Assembly: GCA_050293845.1 (NCBI GenBank)
Contig: JBNKNM010000199.1
Span: 1 to 10,423, forward strand
Length of the DNA: 10,423 bases
DNA from: Pseudobacteriovorax sp.
GTDB taxonomy: Bacteria; Bdellovibrionota_B; Oligoflexia; Oligoflexales; Oligoflexaceae
Direction: 5' to 3'
Shown here: in pieces, positions 8,075-10,423 of the stretch
Layout of the letters: each line of letters starts with the position of its first letter
How positions within the stretch are numbered: position 1 is the first letter of the stretch
Position numbers and translations under genes: made by a program
Notes under the pieces: model-generated
Seen by the model: only the letters and a program-made list of their open reading frames with translations
Databases searched by the model: none
What the model was told of the DNA's origin: nothing

Positions 8075-8474
8075 AGTTGATCTGACTTTTGACCTCTGAA
8101 AGTAAATAATTTATTACCTACCTTGATCCGAAGGTAGAGCTTCTTTGCAAGTTTTTACGGACTCTGGAACTCTTGTGATCCAGCGACTTGAAATAGACTT
8201 ATTCCGCAAAAAATCCTTGTTAGAATGAGGTCGTGTCTTTTTGTAGAAGGATGTGGTTTAGAACAATACCAAGGCAGGAATCTGTGAAAAACCTTGTAGT
8301 ACCGTAGTCGTAGATAGCATCAAGGGTCCGGCTTAAAGTAGAAGAATGAATAAATAGAGCGGTTTGAGGGTTCAGTCTATATCTTTGAGGTTGAACCTCA
8401 GCTTCCTGGCGATGTTCCATTTTAGGAAGAGTACGACGATTTTGATGACGATCAGGTTAGGCTAAGCCATTATT
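8075..8474 (-). mobile_element. IS1634-family transposase remnant (pseudogene; stops, frameshifts, internal deletion)
   Basis: The minus strand gives, in order, NNGLA* (8474-8457), LSRTLDAIYDYGTTRFF and DTTSF (ORF 8420-8220), then in another frame RWITRVPESVKTCKEAL (8185-8135). These match the recalled IS1634 DDE transposase motifs ILNGLGF, LGRTLD.LY..G...LF, HLDTTSF and WITRVP.T...AK. Confidence 0.75.
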
Positions 8475-8484
8475 TCGAAGCGCA

Positions 8485-8513
8485 GTACATCAGGAATGAA
8501 AATCCCGATGTAC
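8485..8513 (-). other. Stem-loop downstream of the S1 protease gene
   Basis: The minus strand reads GTACATCGGGA-TTTTCAT-TCCTGATGTAC, an 11-bp stem with one G-U pair. There is no following U-tract, so it is not a canonical terminator. Confidence 0.45.
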
Positions 8514-8584
8514 AGAATGAATGTTTGCAGTGCCCCAAAACCGTTAACGTATTCATCAAACATCACGGCGACGCCTGTTGCATT

Positions 8585-9967
8585 TTAGTGAATGATGTTT
8601 ACGTTCATAAGTTTCTCAGCCCTGTTTATGCCCTGATAGAAGGTGTCGCACTCCTCGCTACCGGTGGTCCTGGCAACCACCAGCCCATAAGCTGTATGGC
8701 TCGCGTAAATGGGAGCTCCACTGTCGCCCGGGATTACACAAAAGCTACTTCGACCGAGATCACTCACGGTCTGTCCACCGTAGTTTACCGTAACTCCTAG
8801 TTGGGTGACGGTACCACAATCGCTTCGGCCATAGTAGCCACCGGTTGTGCAAATACGCATACCTATAACACTTACTCCTTCTTTGGTGATTTCATATTCT
8901 GTATCGGCGGTTGTGTCAGGGCCTGAGGTTACATGTACCCAGTTTTCCGGATCCCAGCCTGGCACGTTATTGATTAGTAGAATAGCCATGTCACCAGAGT
9001 TGCCAAAGATACTATTATGTCTTCCCCCAATGAGATGGAATGAGTTGTCACTAAATAAGGTTGCCCAGCTATCGTCAAATGGACTCGTAACACAGTGCCC
9101 AGCAGTGAATTGATACATTTTTGAATCGATTTTGCTCTGGGCCACGAAAGCGTTCGTGCACCCTCGGTTATTATTGGTAATGCGATTGCCACCACGCAGA
9201 GGAGGATCACAGTACGGATAATTGCATGCGAGAGCTTGGGTCGGGCCTTCGTAAGTTGAAACAATTAGGCCATCTCCGAGAACAGAGCGGACTTTGTCGA
9301 TGAACGCTTGTGTCTTGGGTAAGATGGGTCGCCCTCGCTGAGTCTGGAGTTCTATGGCGTTCAAGTCAGTTCGAATGCCTACAATAATGTTTTTTAGCTC
9401 TGGATCCATGACGAGTTGGTTGGCAATCCAGCTGTTTGCCTTCTTAAGTTCAGTCAATGACCTGTTCACTTTGACGATATCGGTTACAGAAGTCAGCTGT
9501 AAACTTTCGATGACGTTCAGCGCAACATCGCGGATCTCGAACTCTGAATTGAGCGTGACATGGACGCTTTCTTCCGTTGTCTTTACCAAGATCCTTTCGT
9601 ATTCGAGTTCGTCAATCAGATCTATGAGACTAGAGTCACCAGAGGCTAGTCCACTGACAGCCGGGACCGCCGTCATTACACCAACTTTTAAACGATCATC
9701 GTCCTTGACGTCAATCCAAACACCACCAAATGCACTTCCGAGTTGGTCTGCTGCCACTAAGTTTAGTGCTGTAGCCCGTGCTTGATATTGCAGCCGCTCT
9801 TGAGCAATCTCCTCCGAGATACCTCGATCTTGTGCGAAACTCTCAACCTCAAAAGGTTCTGGGGTATGTGCTTTAAGAACCTCAACAAGTTTATAGATTG
9901 AATCCGCTTTCGCTATGTGTGTAGCGAATATCAAAGTAAATGCAAGAAATTTGGATTTTACTTCCAT
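8585..9967 (-). CDS. Secreted S1 (chymotrypsin-fold) serine protease, alpha-lytic protease/streptogrisin type, with a long pro-region
   Basis: 460-aa ORF with GGAG SD upstream of ATG 9967 and Sec signal MEVKSKFLAFTLIFATHIAKA. Triad motifs are FTAGHC (H291), GDMAIL (D326) and PGDSGAP (S416). It also has LRGG...CT..F at the mature N-terminus, C.TG......CGTV, and the pro-domain-like V.RSL.EL motif. Confidence 0.95.
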   Translation of the reverse strand: MEVKSKFLAFTLIFATHIAKADSIYKLVEVLKAHTPEPFEVESFAQDRGISEEIAQERLQYQARATALNLVAADQLGSAFGGVWIDVKDDDRLKVGVMTAVPAVSGLASGDSSLIDLIDELEYERILVKTTEESVHVTLNSEFEIRDVALNVIESLQLTSVTDIVKVNRSLTELKKANSWIANQLVMDPELKNIIVGIRTDLNAIELQTQRGRPILPKTQAFIDKVRSVLGDGLIVSTYEGPTQALACNYPYCDPPLRGGNRITNNNRGCTNAFVAQSKIDSKMYQFTAGHCVTSPFDDSWATLFSDNSFHLIGGRHNSIFGNSGDMAILLINNVPGWDPENWVHVTSGPDTTADTEYEITKEGVSVIGMRICTTGGYYGRSDCGTVTQLGVTVNYGGQTVSDLGRSSFCVIPGDSGAPIYASHTAYGLVVARTTGSEECDTFYQGINRAEKLMNVNIIH

Positions 9968-10423
9968 ATTATTTCTCCAAGGGTGTTCTTAAGGTTTGTA
10001 ATAACTTTTTTAAATCTATTAATTTGATGGTTAAACTTTAATGAAACTGAGTACGTCAATGTTTAAAGGTAAAATCCTCCATATCTTGAATTTGAACTGA
10101 TTTAGTGATGGTAGACTGTTTTAATTTATTGCACTAGTACTCCGTCCAGAAAGTTTTCAGATGACGTTTCTGCAGTAGACGCAGCAAAGGATTTTATTTC
10201 TTATAATGTCCTTGAGCCAAAACCTTCGGATCACGATCGACCTGGTTGGCTATGGAGATCTCCTCATGACTAAAGTCCATGGTAGAACCCTTTTGGTGAG
10301 TGCAACTACGATAACCTTTACACACAATACTTCTTGCGCTTCTAGCCAGGGATATGAGAAAAATTGGTGTTTGAGTAAGTAAGAAAGACGGCGTAAGCTG
10401 ACCAACGATATTCAAAATAAAAA

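Noticed and set aside
8220..8420. 66-aa ORF as a stand-alone small protein
   Set aside because: It is better explained as a fragment of an IS1634 transposase.
8525..9785. ORFs 8525-8800, 8847-9113, 8974-9264 and 9354-9785
   Set aside because: They overlap the S1 protease in antisense or alternate frames.
10073..10084. NPPY tetrapeptide (amino-methyltransferase motif IV) on the plus strand
   Set aside because: It is flanked by stop codons and no other methyltransferase motif is present, so it is probably chance.
10194..10415. 73-aa minus-strand ORF
   Set aside because: It has a TTG start at the window edge and no recognisable motif, so it cannot be supported as a gene from this window.
1..10423. 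CRISPR array, tRNA/rRNA, tandem repeat arrays
   Set aside because: I saw no regularly spaced repeats and no tRNA/rRNA signatures on either strand.

Overview
AT-rich bacterial window, with no core housekeeping genes, made of secreted or lipoprotein genes separated by decayed DNA. The 'SCG'-type lipoproteins and protease content suggest a Bdellovibrionota/Oligoflexia-like organism, but this is inference only. From left to right: (1) probable right end of an IS200/IS605 element (tnpA C-terminal tail plus subterminal hairpin, 1-120); (2) two tandem paralogous 4-Cys lipoprotein genes, each with its natural ATG out of frame because of a 1-nt frameshift in the signal-peptide region (305-987, 998-1721); (3) a decayed winged-helix gene remnant; (4) a DUF6279-like lipoprotein and a strong terminator; (5) a 1271-aa lipoprotein S8 subtilase with about 200 aa between catalytic Asp and His (TPP II/pyrolysin-like) and C-terminal PPC-like domains; (6) an internally deleted IS1634-family transposase remnant; (7) a convergent secreted alpha-lytic/streptogrisin-like S1 protease. 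I found no RNA genes, CRISPR arrays or clear multi-gene novel system. The most unusual signals are the doubly frameshifted lipoprotein pair and the protease architectures.
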